Shown here one piece after another: positions 37,793 to 51,020 of a stretch of 64,000 bases of DNA. Each line of letters opens with the position of its first letter. Position 1 is the stretch's first letter. The notes under the pieces were generated by a model. The model was not told where the DNA came from, ran no database searches, and saw only the letters and a list, made by a program, of their open reading frames with translations. The translations under genes were made by a program, and so were the position numbers. Source of the DNA: Octopus sinensis (taxonomy: Eukaryota). The stretch is from assembly GCF_006345805.1 (NCBI RefSeq), contig NC_043019.1:27093360-27157359 (forward strand), read 5' to 3'.

Positions 37793-39624
37793 GTAAGCTA
37801 ATGAATTCGTTTACATTATCATTATTGTATTAACAACCACTTCTCCATGCTTGCGCGAGTTGGATGAGAGTTTGCTGAGGCAAGACATTTTTATGGCTTG
37901 ATGCCTTTTCTGTCACTAATTTTCACCTGTTTCCAATTAAGCAAGTATTTCACCATGTCTAGGCATGTCTTGGAAGATCAAGAAGAATGAAGGACACACT
38001 GCTTGCATAACAGTGGCACTTGTTTACAACTATCATGTGATGTCAAGGAAAGGGAATGGTAACATTCATGACACACCTCATGATACCGGGATCAGTCCCA
38101 TTACATAACACTTTGTGTGCACAAGTGCCTTCTACTATAGCCATCAGCTGACCAAAGCCTTGTGAGTGGATTTGGTAGGCAGAAACTGAAAGAAGCTTAT
38201 TGTGTATACATGTGTGTATGTTTGTCCCCCCATCACCACTTGACAACCAGTGTTAGGGTGTTTACGTTGCTGTAACTTAGTGGTTCTGCAAAAGAGACTG
38301 ATAGAATAAGTACTAGGCTTAAAAAGTAAGACCTGGGGTTGATTTGTTTGACTAAAATCCTTCAAGGCAGTGCTCCGGCATGGCTGCAGTCAAACGACTG
38401 AAACAAATAAAAGAATATATATAAGCACAAGGGGGTGCTGGCTTTGGGTAAAAGAAAATACAGGAAGACCAGTTGATTATGATTTTATTCAACATATTCT
38501 CCTCTCAGATGCACACACTTATTGCAGTGGTCCTTCAGTTTTTCTAAACCCTGTAAAAGAATTCAGAAGGTTGGCCCTCCAACCAGGCCTCTTGCAACTC
38601 CCCTAAAATCAGGTACTCTTTAGCACCCCCTTTTGCATATCACAGTACCAAATAGACCATCACGCTTCATTTGTGACTTGTCTGTTTCATCTTGGTTCCT
38701 ATGGCTGGATGCCGTTGCTAATGCCAACTGCTTTACAGAGTGTACAGGGTGCTTTGGACATGGTGCCGATATGGGTGTGTCCATGTTGCACTGGCATCAG
38801 TGCTTTCTATGTGGTGCCAACAAGGGTGCTTTTTTATGCATGCCAGTGACATATAAAGAGCACCCATTCTGGTGTTACATAAGGACAGTGAGGGACATGA
38901 CTAAATACTGCTCTACTGGTTTTCAATGTATATTTCTAACATAAGCACAAGTTCAAAAATGGTTGTGGGAGAGATTATATATATATGTGTGTATATATAT
39001 ATACACACACACACACACATATATATATATACACACACATGTTTTCAAGTACTTTGGTTTTTCTGGGAGCCCCTTTTAAAGTAGAAGGAATAGCTAAGAT
39101 TTTTTGACTGCTATTTCTAAACTTCGGTATGTGGTGAAGCAAATCTCTGCTGAACCCTAATTATAAAGTATTACTTAAGCTTACCGTGAAATGGTCTTTT
39201 TCATGCCGAATTCTACTTGGTGGAATTACTGATTACTTCTTAATTAATTAATTTTACCCTTTGTTATTATATACACACATATATTCGGAGGGTTGCTAAG
39301 CCTAAATGAGCTGTTTGTTTTCACTGTCCTGTTTTTGTCACCAATTTTGACCCTCCGCAGATCCCAAATTTTATTTAATTTGCTTTGCTGGATCAACTGT
39401 GTTATTGAAGGTGTATCTTGTGAATTGTTCAAAATACGGATTAGAAAAACAGCCACTAACTGATGAAGAGTTGTTCTTTCTGTTGTTTGTCTTGCCAACC
39501 ATTTGTTTCTTTTGTTGCCTGCAGAAAAAAGCCCTTATTCCATGTCCTCGTACTTCATATTTTTTGAAATTTTTACTCCCAGTGGCCTAGTGTGTAGAAA
39601 AATTAGTCAATAGACTATATATAT

Positions 39625-40066
39625 TATTCATATAGATGCAGTGTACATTCAAACACATAAGAGGTAACCATCATAGGATACCTGGCATGCTAGAAGGAAT
39701 AGCCAAAATCTAAACCACTATTAGGGATACATTTCGAAACCTGGACCATGGTTTCTGACTCTATATTAGCAAATACGATAATTTGCTAGGCGGAGTCTTC
39801 ATCAGCAGGTACACCAAGATTAAACATATAAATACAAGGCAATCCAGCATGTGCCCTGTGCTTGTATATTATAATTTTTCAAATCCACCGCACAAGCCAT
39901 TCTCTTCCCAAATACCAAGCTCAGAAACCAAGAGTCAGAAACCCTGGTCCAGGAGATAGATGGTAAATGTTTATCCATAATAGTGGTTTGGATTTTGGCT
40001 ATTCCTTCTAGCGTGTCAGGTACCCTATGATGGTTATCTCTTATGTGTTTAAATGTACACTGTATT

Positions 40067-40070
<4 letters not shown>
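39625..40070. mobile_element. Palindromic Penelope-LTR-like mini-element
   Basis: Inverted arms of about 135 bp (39625-39762 / 39931-40070); hammerhead on minus; TA/CA microsatellite flank. Confidence 0.75.
39739..39810 (-). ncRNA. Type I hammerhead ribozyme motif, intact core, antisense within an EBAG9 intron
   Basis: Minus strand: acctg-CTGATGA-agactc..tagcaaat tatcgt atttgcta..gagtca-GAAAC-catg-GTC-caggt. Stem I acctg/caggt, palindromic stem III ACCATGGT. Confidence 0.8.
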
Positions 40071-40146
<76 letters not shown>

Positions 40147-40150
40147 ATAT

Positions 40151-40205
<55 letters not shown>

Positions 40206-40504
40206 GTATATTATTTTATATGTTATATAATTGAAAGCCACACATCCTTTTTCCAAGTAAGTTTTATGCATACATTTGTATGTGTGTATCTGTTTGTGTC
40301 AGTGTGTACATCTGAGTGTGTGTTTGTGTATGTATGCGTGCATGTTTGTGTATGTGTGCATGTGTTTGTGTATGTATATGTCTATGTGTGTTTGTGTGTG
40401 TTTATTTGTCAGTGTGTATGTGTATATCAGTGTGTATGTGTAAGTCTGTTTGTGTGACTGTGTGTCAGTATATATGTGTGTGTGTGTGTTTAAACCATTG
40501 TCAT

Positions 40505-40805
40505 TCGTTATCTCTAACCTGTCCTCTCTCTCTTACTTGTCTCTCTCTCTCTCTCACTTGTCTCTCTCTTTCTCACTTGTCTCTCTCTCTCTCACTTGTC
40601 TCTCTCTCTCTCTCTCACTTCTCTCTCTCTCTCTCACTTGTCTCTCTCTCTCTCTCACTTGTCTCTCTCTCTCTCTCACACTTGTCTCTTTCTTTCTCTC
40701 TCTCACTTGTCTCTCTCTCTCTCTCACTCACTCACTCTCTCTCTCTCTCTCACTCGTCTCTCTCCCTCACTCACTCACTCACTCTCTCTTTCTTCTCTTC
40801 TCTTC
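40505..40805 (+). repeat. (CT)n/cacttgt composite tract forming the polypyrimidine region of the last EBAG9 intron
   Basis: Direct reading; no AG between 40469 and 40809. Confidence 0.9.
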
Positions 40806-40811
40806 TGGCAG

Positions 40812-41024
40812 CAAGACACTGAGCTTGGTATTTGGGAAGAGAATGGCAAATGCTGGGAAGAGGCCAGCGAAGACCTGTCCTGGCAAGTGGACGCCACAAT
40901 CAAGGAGAAGAAACGAGTTGAGCGGGAAGCACGGCAGCAGGAACATCTCCGGAAGAAACAAGAAAAGGAACTGGTCCGAGGCCTCAAGAAAGACAGTCCC
41001 TTTGCTGCCGTGCGTCTGTCGTGA
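40812..41024 (+). CDS. EBAG9: EBAG9 terminal coding exon (QDTELGIWEENGKCWEEASEDLSWQVDATIKEKKRVEREARQQEHLRKKQEKELVRGLKKDSPFAAVRLS*), C-terminal coiled coil
   Basis: tggcag|CAA acceptor after a long CT tract, TGA at 41022-41024. Matches human ELG..W.EN..AWEE..D..WQ..., coiled coil and ...VKLS end. Joined protein is 204 aa. Confidence 0.93.
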   Translation, partial: QDTELGIWEENGKCWEEASEDLSWQVDATIKEKKRVEREARQQEHLRKKQEKELVRGLKKDSPFAAVRLS

Positions 41025-41796
41025 TCTTCCGCCACCACTGCTGCTGTCATTAGCCATCACCATCACCATCCATCCATCATCCTCATCATCACCAGTGTCA
41101 TCGTCATCAGCCATTTTAATCATCTGCATCACCGTTGCTGTTATCGTGTTTGTCTTCTCTTTCCTTGTTGTTGTTGTTGCTGGTACTGCGTGTCCATATC
41201 TCTTCCTCTCCTACCCACCCACCCACCCATATCACCTTCACGATATGGGTAGCTGGGTGGGGTGGTAGTAGGTGGGAGTTGCTAGTAGAATTCCGACCTC
41301 TTCCTCCTTGACCCCCACACCCCAGACACTCGCACATGCATACACACACACACAGACACACACACATACACACACACACACACACACACCTGTTGCTTGA
41401 TCTTCCAGATTGCTCTCCTACCACTACCACCACCACCACCACCACCATCACAGCACCACTACCACCACCATTAAGGTACCAGTATTATTTTGCTTCTTGG
41501 ACACCGAGCTGACAAGAGAACCGCTAGGTTACTCGGTCAACTAAATATAACAGTCAAATTTTCCTCAAATTAATCTCTGACATCTAAGAAAAGCATATTT
41601 TGGGTTTCTTGTACATCTGAAAAAAACAGGATGGTCATGACGGGACTGCCTTTGACCTCTAGGTCAGCTCAATCACAGCTGAGCTATGAGTCAATGCCTC
41701 AATAGATGGTGCCACCTGTCTGTGGGATTTGTTTGTATTTCATTTATTCTCTCTTTTTGTTGTTTCATTTACTAATTCATTAATTAATCAATTATT

Positions 41797-41986
41797 TTAC
41801 CCCGTTAGCATTCAGATTGGTCTGTCAAATGTAATGCTTATTTATTCACATGTTTTAAATTGATCTTGCATTATCTTTAAGATGACAGTGTGGGGCAGGT
41901 GTGAGAAGTTGGATCTGGCTAGTTTGCACATGAAGTAGGTAGACTATCTGGGCTGGATGTAACTGGCTTAAATGCTAAAGGTTTAA
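41797..41986. mobile_element. piggyBac-like MITE (degenerate); a second, interrupted copy at about 41983-42635
   Basis: Ends cccgttagcatt / aatgctaaagg-tttaa; internal sequence repeated at 42480-42630. Confidence 0.45.
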
Positions 41987-43081
41987 CTTTTTAGCATTTA
42001 GATTGCTTTCAAATGTAAAGGAAAGAGTAAAGACACCCTGCGGTCATGAATGACCATGGGATTGCACCTAGAAAGTTCCCCTCTGAGGCACATGTCTGGT
42101 CAAATATTGTTTATGAGAGGCCAGCAGTTACCCATACCTACCAGCCTCCCCTCTCCACACCATAATATATACATAGGGTAAAGGGTTAAGACCCTCATCA
42201 GTCATGAATGAACATGGGATTGCACCTAGAAAGTTACCCTCCGAGGCTCATGTCCGGGCAATATTGTTTATGGAAGGCCAGCAGTCGCCCATGCATACCA
42301 GCCTCTCCTCTTCAGAGACATCTCAACTCATTTTTACAACTGAATAAATTGGAGCAATGTGAAATAAAGTGTCTTGCTCAAGAACACAACGCACCGCCTG
42401 ATCTGTGAATTGAATTCTCTATCTCATGCCTGTGAGCCTGATGCTCCAACCACTGAGCCCTGCGCCTTCACTATCTAATCCTTATTTATTCACATTGTTT
42501 TAAATTAATTGTGCATTATCTCAGCTTTTTATTTTTAGAATGACATTGTAGGGTAGGTGTGAAAGGCTAGATCTGGCCTGTTTGCTCATAAAGACAGGTG
42601 GACTGATATAGCAGGGTTTAAATGTTAAAGAGGTGAAGTAAATATTTATTTTTTTTTTTTTTCTTTCGTGAAAGAGGGTTTAGTTTGGTCGGAGTTGTTT
42701 TGTGAGATGGTGCATCTTTGAAGCTTTAGGAAGTGGTGGGGGAGACAAAACAAACAAAAAGAAAAATCCTTCAAATGTTGGCTGGTGGTGAGGTGGGGTA
42801 GGGGAAGGGACGTCAGCAAAAAAAACAACAATAACAACGACGACAACAACAGCAACAACCATGCAAAAAAAATAAAACCCAACTGGAAATGCCATTAGTT
42901 CTCTCCCGCTATGTTTAGCGGGTTAACATTTTGAGGTACAGACTGAGACTAACACCTTACTTTTAAACTGAGGTACACGCATACACAGACACACACACAC
43001 ACACACACACATGCAAAAGTACACGTTTAAACAAAGATGCATGCATATACACACATAAATACGCACCTTAAAAGATACATT

Positions 43082-43120
<39 letters not shown>

Positions 43121-43224
43121 ACCGACCAGTCCATCAGATGTAGTTACACATCGCTGGTCACAATGCGTTTGCATTGTTTTAGCCTTCGAATGACGCCAAC
43201 CCGCTGGCTAAGCAAGCAGGCCAA

Positions 43225-43255
<31 letters not shown>

Positions 43256-43261
43256 GTATGT

Positions 43262-43582
43262 GAAGGCGTGTGGTTTAGTGGTTAGGGCATGCAGCTCATG
43301 ATTGTAAGGTCGTGAGTTCAATTCCTGGCGATGCGCTGTGTCCTTGAGCAAGGCACTTTATTTCACATTGCTCCAGTCCACTCAGCTGGCAAAAATGAGT
43401 AGTACCTGTATTTCAAAGGGCCGGCCTTGTCACACTCTGTGTCACGCTGAGTCTCCCCGAGAATTATGCGAAGGGTACACATGTCTGTGGAGTGCTCAGC
43501 CACTTGCACATTAATTTCACGAGCAAGCTATTCCGTTGATCAGATCAATTGGGACTCTCATTGTCGTAACTGACAGAATGCT
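43262..43582 (+). mobile_element. tRNA-derived CORE-like SINE
   Basis: A/B boxes plus gtccttgagcaaggcacttt...ctccagtccactcagctg. Copy at 58565-58866(-); related head with duplicated alternative tail at 42020-42470(-). Confidence 0.8.
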
Positions 43583-43584
43583 CC

Positions 43585-43634
<50 letters not shown>

Positions 43635-43639
43635 CACAC

Positions 43640-43890
43640 ATGAGTAAGCACATAAATGCAAAACAAGGTGGGAAAAAATAGTACTCAATTACTGAAGGTA
43701 GAGTAATATACTTTTTTTTGTTTTTATCAAAGTTGCAAAAACCTCACAAAAAAGCTGCTATTCAAAGTTTCACGTTTCCATGAAAGACTCTTAATCACAA
43801 CTGTCTGACAAATGGAAACCTGAAACTCTGAGTAACAGATTTTTTTGTGATGTTTTTACAGTGTTTATAAAAAAAAAGAAAGCATATCTG
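43640..43890. mobile_element. Degenerate palindromic Penelope-LTR-like element
   Basis: Inverted arms at about 43705-43780 / 43812-43885, decayed ctgacaa...GAAACTC core. Related fragment in reverse at about 22370-22420. Confidence 0.5.
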
Positions 43891-44435
43891 TATGTAGATA
43901 CAAACTATGCATATGAGCTAATGGATGTATAAACAATTATACATACTGTAACTGTCTTGTGGGGGTTCGATAGAACTTCCACATTCAACATACAGCAGCT
44001 GAACATTCCCTGATCTGAGTGGAAACTCATATTTATCTCTTCGGCCCAGCTGTCTCAAATGTGCAGGGTTTGGTCCCAACTTATCAAACTTTCTGACCTG
44101 CATGCACAGTCCTGGAGCACAGAAGCATCTTACAAAAACATCTTTACTGTAAGGTGTGGTTGGGTTTGTCCCCTTTTGGGCCCTTTTTTTTTAAAGTTTG
44201 TTTATTTCTTTTTATTGTTTGTAGGTGACATTTCTGGCACAGTGTACCATGGTGGGAATATTGGTATCAAAGGGAGATAATTTAATGAACTTTGTACAAT
44301 ATATATATGTATGTATATCTACATATATATATGTATATAGATGTGTATATATATATATATGAGTATAATATATATGTATATTATATATATATATAATACA
44401 TATGTATGTATATTTATCTCTGTATATATCTGTTT

Positions 44436-44472
<37 letters not shown>

Positions 44473-44754
44473 GCACATACATACATGTATCTATCTATCT
44501 ATCTATCTTTCTATCTATCTATCCATGTGTGTATTTACACATACACACACACATGTAATTCTTAAATAAATATCTAAAGGAAATTTTTGTATTTTACTCT
44601 TTTCTCACATAATTTCATTCATTTAACCCTTAATGAAGATTGATGAAAACAAACTTAGATTTAATTAACTTATTACTTGTGCTTTTATCATTGTTCATCA
44701 TTGTCATCATGATCATATTATTATTATTATTATTACTGGGTGAAATGTTTAGTA

Positions 44755-45322
44755 TTGGGTTGTCCGGAAAGTTCGTACCGATTTTTAAAGGAAAGAAAAA
44801 GGTCAATAAATACTTGCCATTACATTTTAAATCAATCAAATATGAACCATTTTGTTGCACAATGTGTCTCCATCTTTCCTTTAACTTGAAAATACTCTCT
44901 TCCTAGAATTGAGGTGGTTTCGTGGCAAAGAATTCATCAAGGTATCTTTTTACGTTATCCAAGGAATTGAAATTTTTACCATTAAGACTATTCTGCAGAG
45001 ATCTGAATAAGTGGAAATCTGAAGGAGCAATATCTGGTGAATATGGAGGGTGAGGTAACACATCCCAGCCGAGCTGCAGCAATTTTTGCCTGGTTCCCAA
45101 AGCATCAAGTGCCGAAAATGAACTTTCTTATCTTCCATTTTAAAAAGTTACAGAATTAACACAGGTTATAGGAACATAAATCTTCTTCCATGAAAAGATA
45201 GCTTAAACTGTTCTCTAAATGGAGGTGTAGTCAAATCCTATTTTATGGACTCTCAACTATGTTCTAAAATAAGTCGAAAGGTAAGCTACTATAAATCGGC
45301 ATGAACTTTCTGGACAACCCAA
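44755..45322 (-). mobile_element. Internally deleted mariner nested in a SINE
   Basis: TIRs ttgggttgtccggaaagttc / gaactttctggacaacccaa, TA TSD; MEDKKVHFRHLML fused to HPPYSPDIAPSDFHLF. Confidence 0.88.
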
Positions 45323-45469
45323 TAGTATTTCATCTGTCTTCATATTCTGAGTTCAAATTCCACCAAGGTTGACTTTGCCTTTCATCCTTTCGGGGTTAAT
45401 AAATTAAGTACCAATTACGACTGGTCCCCTCCCCCAAAATTTCAGGCCTTGTGCCTAAAGTAGACTTAT

Positions 45470-46762
45470 CCATCGAGCAGCCCGTCATCGCTTCTTGTAT
45501 TTCATCAGGTGTTATCAGCTTTTCGCAGAACTCCACATCTTAAGCTGAGAGCCGTGTCAGGACATCGAAGTAGGCGAAAAACCCCACCCACATCACTGGG
45601 CCACCGTTTGCTCTAAGCTGCTGAGCGATGTGTCACTGAAAAGCCGTCTATATATATGCCTCGAATCAAGTAATACGTGCCCCTTCTGATCCGTCAAAAA
45701 TCGAATTGTGGCTTTGTTACCACGTTGCACCTCTGCTTCCAGGGCCATCGAACGGCTTTCGTTCCCTCATGTTTTAGAGTACGCACCTGACCCTGACAAT
45801 GCATCCTGCCCATTCGGCATTGAAGAATTGTTTAATGGCTAATTTTGCAGTCAAGACGTTAACCGCAATTCCTTTTCTAGGTTCCTAAAGAGCCCACTTT
45901 CTCAAGAATTCTCTATCATTATTTCTTTACTAAACCTTATCTATTCTAATCTTAAAGCCTTTTTCAGGGTTAACTATCATCGGTTACTGACGATTGTTCC
46001 TCTCAACTTCCTCTTAATTAATTCTCTAATCTGGTCTCTGTAGACTTTGCGCACCGGGGAAGACGCATTCAGTTTCCAGTAACCAGGTCCTGCCTATGCA
46101 GTCTTTCTGGGTCGACCGACAGATCACAAATTTGTGGCCTGCATAGTTGTTGAGTGAATAGTGGACAGCCTATGCTATCCTTATCTACAGGCCTACAGCA
46201 TATTTTATGTGGATACAATCTGGATGGCCCTATGATGTTTGCCTATGTCTACATCGATGCATTCCGGAAATCTAGTCAAAACGTGTCAGCCAATTTGCGA
46301 AACTTTTGCACTCTCTCTTCTATCAGTTAGTGCCACGCAATCTAGATGTGCATCCAACACAGCGTTCCAGCCGCTAACTAACACTAAAAAGGGAGGACGT
46401 CCCTAGAGAAACCTCCAAACACCTGAAGAAGTCCGGGTACCCACTCCAGTAGGGGAATACATAATTACTGTTCAGGTCCGGGACCACCTACTTACCGTCT
46501 GATTCCAGGAAGGTCGACTGTATTGCAAAATCCAGACCTCTCCGGAACAACATCGCCCCCACACTTCCCATTTTGGATCAAGTGGGAGATGCGAAGACCT
46601 GAAAATCACAAAATTGGATTCTAAGATGCGTGTATCAGAAATACTGATTTCGCTGACGGCTAAGACATTCACATCTGATCACCTGAGATCATTGATCAGG
46701 CGACCATACTTTCACGGTGATTCCAGTTCATGTGCATTTATGCTATCTACTCTTAAGGTCAT
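45470..46762 (-). mobile_element. Degraded L1/Tx1-clade ORF2 fragment (APE endonuclease to linker)
   Basis: Minus strand MTLRVDSINA...DVNVLAVSE start and GPGYWKLN motif near 46090; many stops. Confidence 0.7.
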
Positions 46763-47381
46763 CTTGACTGAAAAATAAAGAGAAAAGGAAACGGATCAAG
46801 TTTTGGTGGGCTTGGAGACCGTGCCACACGGTCTCCATTGGGTTTGGTTGAGACCATTGAAGGGTTTTATGGAACCGATCGAGCTAAGCACTTATTTTCT
46901 AAGCTTGGTGCTTATTCTACAGGAATCGTATGCCTAACAGCTAAGTGATGGGGACGTAAACAGACTAACACTGGTTGTCAAGCGGTAGAAGGGGACAAAC
47001 ACTGGCACAAAGACACGCATACAAACATAATGCCTAATGTATACAGTATATATACGTTTTGAACCCAAACACTGAAGCGATGCCATTATCATGTGATTGG
47101 TTTTTGCTGAAGGAAGTCCTCTTTTGAGTATTTTGCCGTGATGAAGGTCAAGTTGCTTCTTGAAAATATCTACCCCATCACTCCATAAAGTTCTTTCAAA
47201 GTTTTTGGCAAGACATTAAATGGCCGTAGGCCTTTAATCATAAGCTATTGCAGTACCTGGTCTTCACTCTCATCGGGATGGATGTGAACTTTGGAATAAA
47301 GCAGTGACGTCCAGTTCGGAGTCTGGTATAACTCTCGATGCTAGTGTTTGGTGACAAACTCTCTAAGATCTCCGATATGTA

Positions 47382-48585
47382 TTGGGTTATCCTATAAATA
47401 ATGTGGTTTCTTTATAATTCTTTTATTTTTGAAAATTAAGATAAAGTTCTTTTTTAATCTAAAATAAACTCTCCCTCATTTTCTACAATGCTCTTCCATC
47501 TATCTGGTAGACTTATTAATCTCCTCTTCCAAAATTCAGTTGTCTCTGACGAAAAATACTCCTCTAGTACTGTTCTGATCTTGTCAACAGAATTCATATT
47601 TTTTCCATCCGAATGATTTTTAAGACTGCGGAATAAATGATAATCAGATGGGGACAACGCCCGGTAAATATGGTGGGTGAGGTATAGTTTCCCATTCAAG
47701 TTGCTCCGAGCATTATCCTGATGGAAGAACACCTTTCGTCTTGAAACCAAAGATGGTCGTTTTTCTTCTAGCGCTGACTTAAACCGCTCAAGCTGCTTGC
47801 AGTAGATCCCCTATGTTATCGTTTGGCTTGACTTTAAAAGTTAAAAGCGAACTAAACCTTTCATGTCCCACCAAAAAGATAACAACACCATACGTGGTTG
47901 AAGGCCTTTAGCCTGGGGTGCTGGTGTTTCTTCTTTCCCTACCCACTGTCGTCGGCGCTTGACATTTTTATAGATAACCATTTCTCGTCACCAGTCACTA
48001 TTCGGTCCAAAAAAGGTTTATTCATGAGACGTGGCAGCAAAGATGAGCACACATTCACTCTCTGCGCGCGATTAGACTCTGAAAGTTTGTAAGGAATCCA
48101 TCGACACAATTTACTGACTTTTCAGATGGCATGCAGGTGTCGATGAATGGTTGTATAACCATATCTAAACTTCTCTGCTAGTTCCCCAATAGTTACGATG
48201 GGATTTCATACCACCGGGTTTTGCAGGACGGCTTCGTCGAGTTCTACCGATCTTCCAAGATGAGACTCGTCTTCTAGGCTGTAGTTTCCAGCTCGGAATT
48301 TCTGGAACCACGGTTGACACTGGCTTACGCTTATTGTCTGATTCACATATACTGTATTAATATTCCTCGGACTTTTATTGAACTCATTAAAGCAAAATAT
48401 GCTGAATATGCCCCTTTGTCGCTTCCATTGTTGCTTTGGAAACTGTTAAATTCGAACTTTGCACTAAGGACAAAGTAAAATTACTACCTGCTTTTATAGC
48501 AAGTTGATGCAGGTAGTTTATCCCATCCCCCTCCAACTTTTAGTTCATGCAATTGAAAAACCGCATTATTTATGAGATGACTCAA
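47382..48585 (-). mobile_element. Near full-length decayed mariner (DD34D), about 1.2 kb
   Basis: TIRs ttgggttatcctataaataatg / cattatttatgagatgactcaa, TA TSD; IVTGDEKW, HQDNAR and SPSDYHLF motifs. A 3' fragment of the same family lies at 37036-37215. Confidence 0.9.
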
Positions 48586-49100
48586 TATTTCACCGAATAT
48601 CTCTCCCGTCTTCGCTACAGGAAGTAGATTCGGAATTCTTTCCATCTCTCCCACTTGCTCAACTGTTGCAATCTCCCAAGTGTAGCACCGCTACACACGC
48701 ATATACTCTTTTACTTGTTTCAGTCATTTGACTGTGGCCATGCTGGAGCACCGCCTTTAGTCGATCAAATCGATCCCAGGTCTTATTCTTTGTAAGCCTA
48801 GTACTTATTTTATCGGTCTCTTTTTACCGAACCACTAAGTCACGGGGACGTAAACACATCAGCATCGGTTGTCAAGCGATGTGGGGGGACAAACACAGAC
48901 ACACACAAACACGCACATACACACATATATATATATACGCCGGGCTTCTTTCAGTTTCCACCTAGCAAATCCACTCACAAGGCTTTGGTCGGCCCGAGGC
49001 TATAGTAGAAAACACTTACCCAAGGTACTACGCAGTGGGACTGATCCCAGAACCATGTGGTTCGTAAGCAAGTTACTTGCCACACTGCCACTCCTGCGCC

Positions 49101-49136
<36 letters not shown>

Positions 49137-49159
49137 AATATAGACGCGTACATATAGAA

Positions 49160-49662
49160 ACAGACATAAATGGAAATTTCTGTCTTTCGATCTGTCTGTT
49201 ACCATCTTATTGCCTTCACTAGTGAACCAATCTTGACAAAACTTTGCATATATGTTAAACTAACATCCAGTTCAATTACAAGCTAACTGGATTTCAATAA
49301 AAATCTATGATGGTCGCCTAGTGGGGTTGGGCTGCTATTAGATAAACTGAGAAATGGTGCAAAAGTGTTAGTATGAGGGAAATGTGGTGGCATAGTGAGT
49401 GTGCCTGATATCAGAGAAGGGGAGAACAACGTTGTGTAAGCGACAAATATGGAGTGGCAGCGGGATGGATAACGTTAATACAGCTGTCGTTCAGGGATAT
49501 ACACGTGACGCTGCATACACACTTTCGTAAACACATAGATACATGCATAGACACACGCACACACTCACTGCACACACACACACACACAAACACACTACAC
49601 ACACATGCACATACACATAAGTAATTTTTAAAACGCCGAGGAAGAGAAAGAAAGGCAACTAG
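49160..49662 (+). mobile_element. Degenerate non-autonomous Helitron
   Basis: 5' ctgtct repeats, ccaatcttgacaaaactttg box, 3' acgccg...CTAGT end. Confidence 0.4.
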
Positions 49663-50138
49663 TATTTACTGAGTTATTATAGAGCTGAGGCTTTCTGACA
49701 GCTCAGTGTTAACTCTCATTGGTAGCAGATGGGCACAAGCAGCAGAACACAGCGTCAACGCATGTGGTTTCGTGTAGAATATATTTGTCAACACATGTGC
49801 CTTCTCGCAGACAAAATAGTTCTCATGTTTGACTTGTTACTATGGAAACAGCTTGTGGCTTACGATTGGCTAAAATTACTCAAAATTTGTAAACTTTAAA
49901 AGCTATTAACTCTTTATTTATTGATTTTATGGCGAAAATGAATTTCATGTCTATCATACAAAACTACGTCAATACACCAAATATGAAATCAGTTGGAAGA
50001 GAAATTGATGAAAGTACAAAGTGGCAGCTAAACAGACAAGATCTCATTCGAAACACGTGTAAACTATAGGAATCGTTGAAAATACATTTTAATCTTATCT
50101 GCTGTTTGTGTTTTCTTCTAAAACATACTCTGTGATTA

Positions 50139-50648
50139 CCGTAAATCCTCGAGTATAATCCACATTTCCCCGCCAAATTTAAAGGTCAAATCCCTTGTGC
50201 GCACTATATACGAGGTTAAAAATGAAAAATATTTTCTAAGCAATGTCCGAGTCTCTATTTGCTGCCCGGCAATATTTATTCAGACGCATTTTGTGATGTC
50301 GGGCGCAAAAATACCTTAAGCTAAGCCTGAAAGCAATGAAGTCATAAAAGAATCATCCATAACTTGTAGTAAGCAACATTTATTAAACGTTATTACTGTT
50401 ATTTCTTTATTTTCTGCAAACAAAATGCACAAAAAATCTACACGTTTGCATTATGTTATATATACAATAATAATAAAGGACGTTACCGTATACAGTTTTA
50501 CAAACCAAGGACGTTATATAGACCTCCTTGACTCAAGTTAGCGAAGGGGTGAGTATTATACACAAAGTTTAGGTTTTTCAGAGGTACAGCCCCCTAAAAG
50601 TCCCCTGCGTATTATACCCAAGGGCGGACTATACTCGAGGATTTACGG
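50139..50648. mobile_element. pogo/Tc2-type MITE
   Basis: 19-bp TIR ccgtaaatcctcgagtata / tatactcgaggatttacgg; TA on the left, TG on the right. Confidence 0.8.
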
Positions 50649-50907
50649 TGATACAACAAAAATAATTGGTGATCTTCTTCAGATTTACAAATTCTACCTG
50701 TCACAAAAATTGATGACAACCTATACAATTTGCTGCATCAATTGGATATCTTGATTAGGTGGGGTCTATTTCACCTGGATATTCAGGTATTCACCTGAAT
50801 CTGTTTAATCCCTGTTTTCTTTCATATACATACATACATACGCACACACATACATACATACATATATACATACATACATACATACATACATACATACATA
50901 CATACAT

Positions 50908-51020
50908 ACAAAAATACCCTGTTGTTGATGTTGAAATTCCAATGAAGGAGCCTTGGATCTAGGTTAGAAACAGGCTCTTTCTCTATTGGCGAGAAATCTT
51001 GAAATAAAACTGAATAATCA
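50908..51020 (+). mobile_element. Terminal 3'UTR module of R4/Dong family A, preceded by (TACA)n
   Basis: Third copy of the same module of about 115 bp. Confidence 0.75.

Noticed and set aside
40450-41268. 272-aa plus-strand ORF
   Set aside because: CT-repeat read-through overlapping the real EBAG9 exon in a different frame.
43900-44160. Complex, coding-looking stretch downstream of EBAG9
   Set aside because: No recognisable motif or convincing splice pair; probably an old repeat or UTR.
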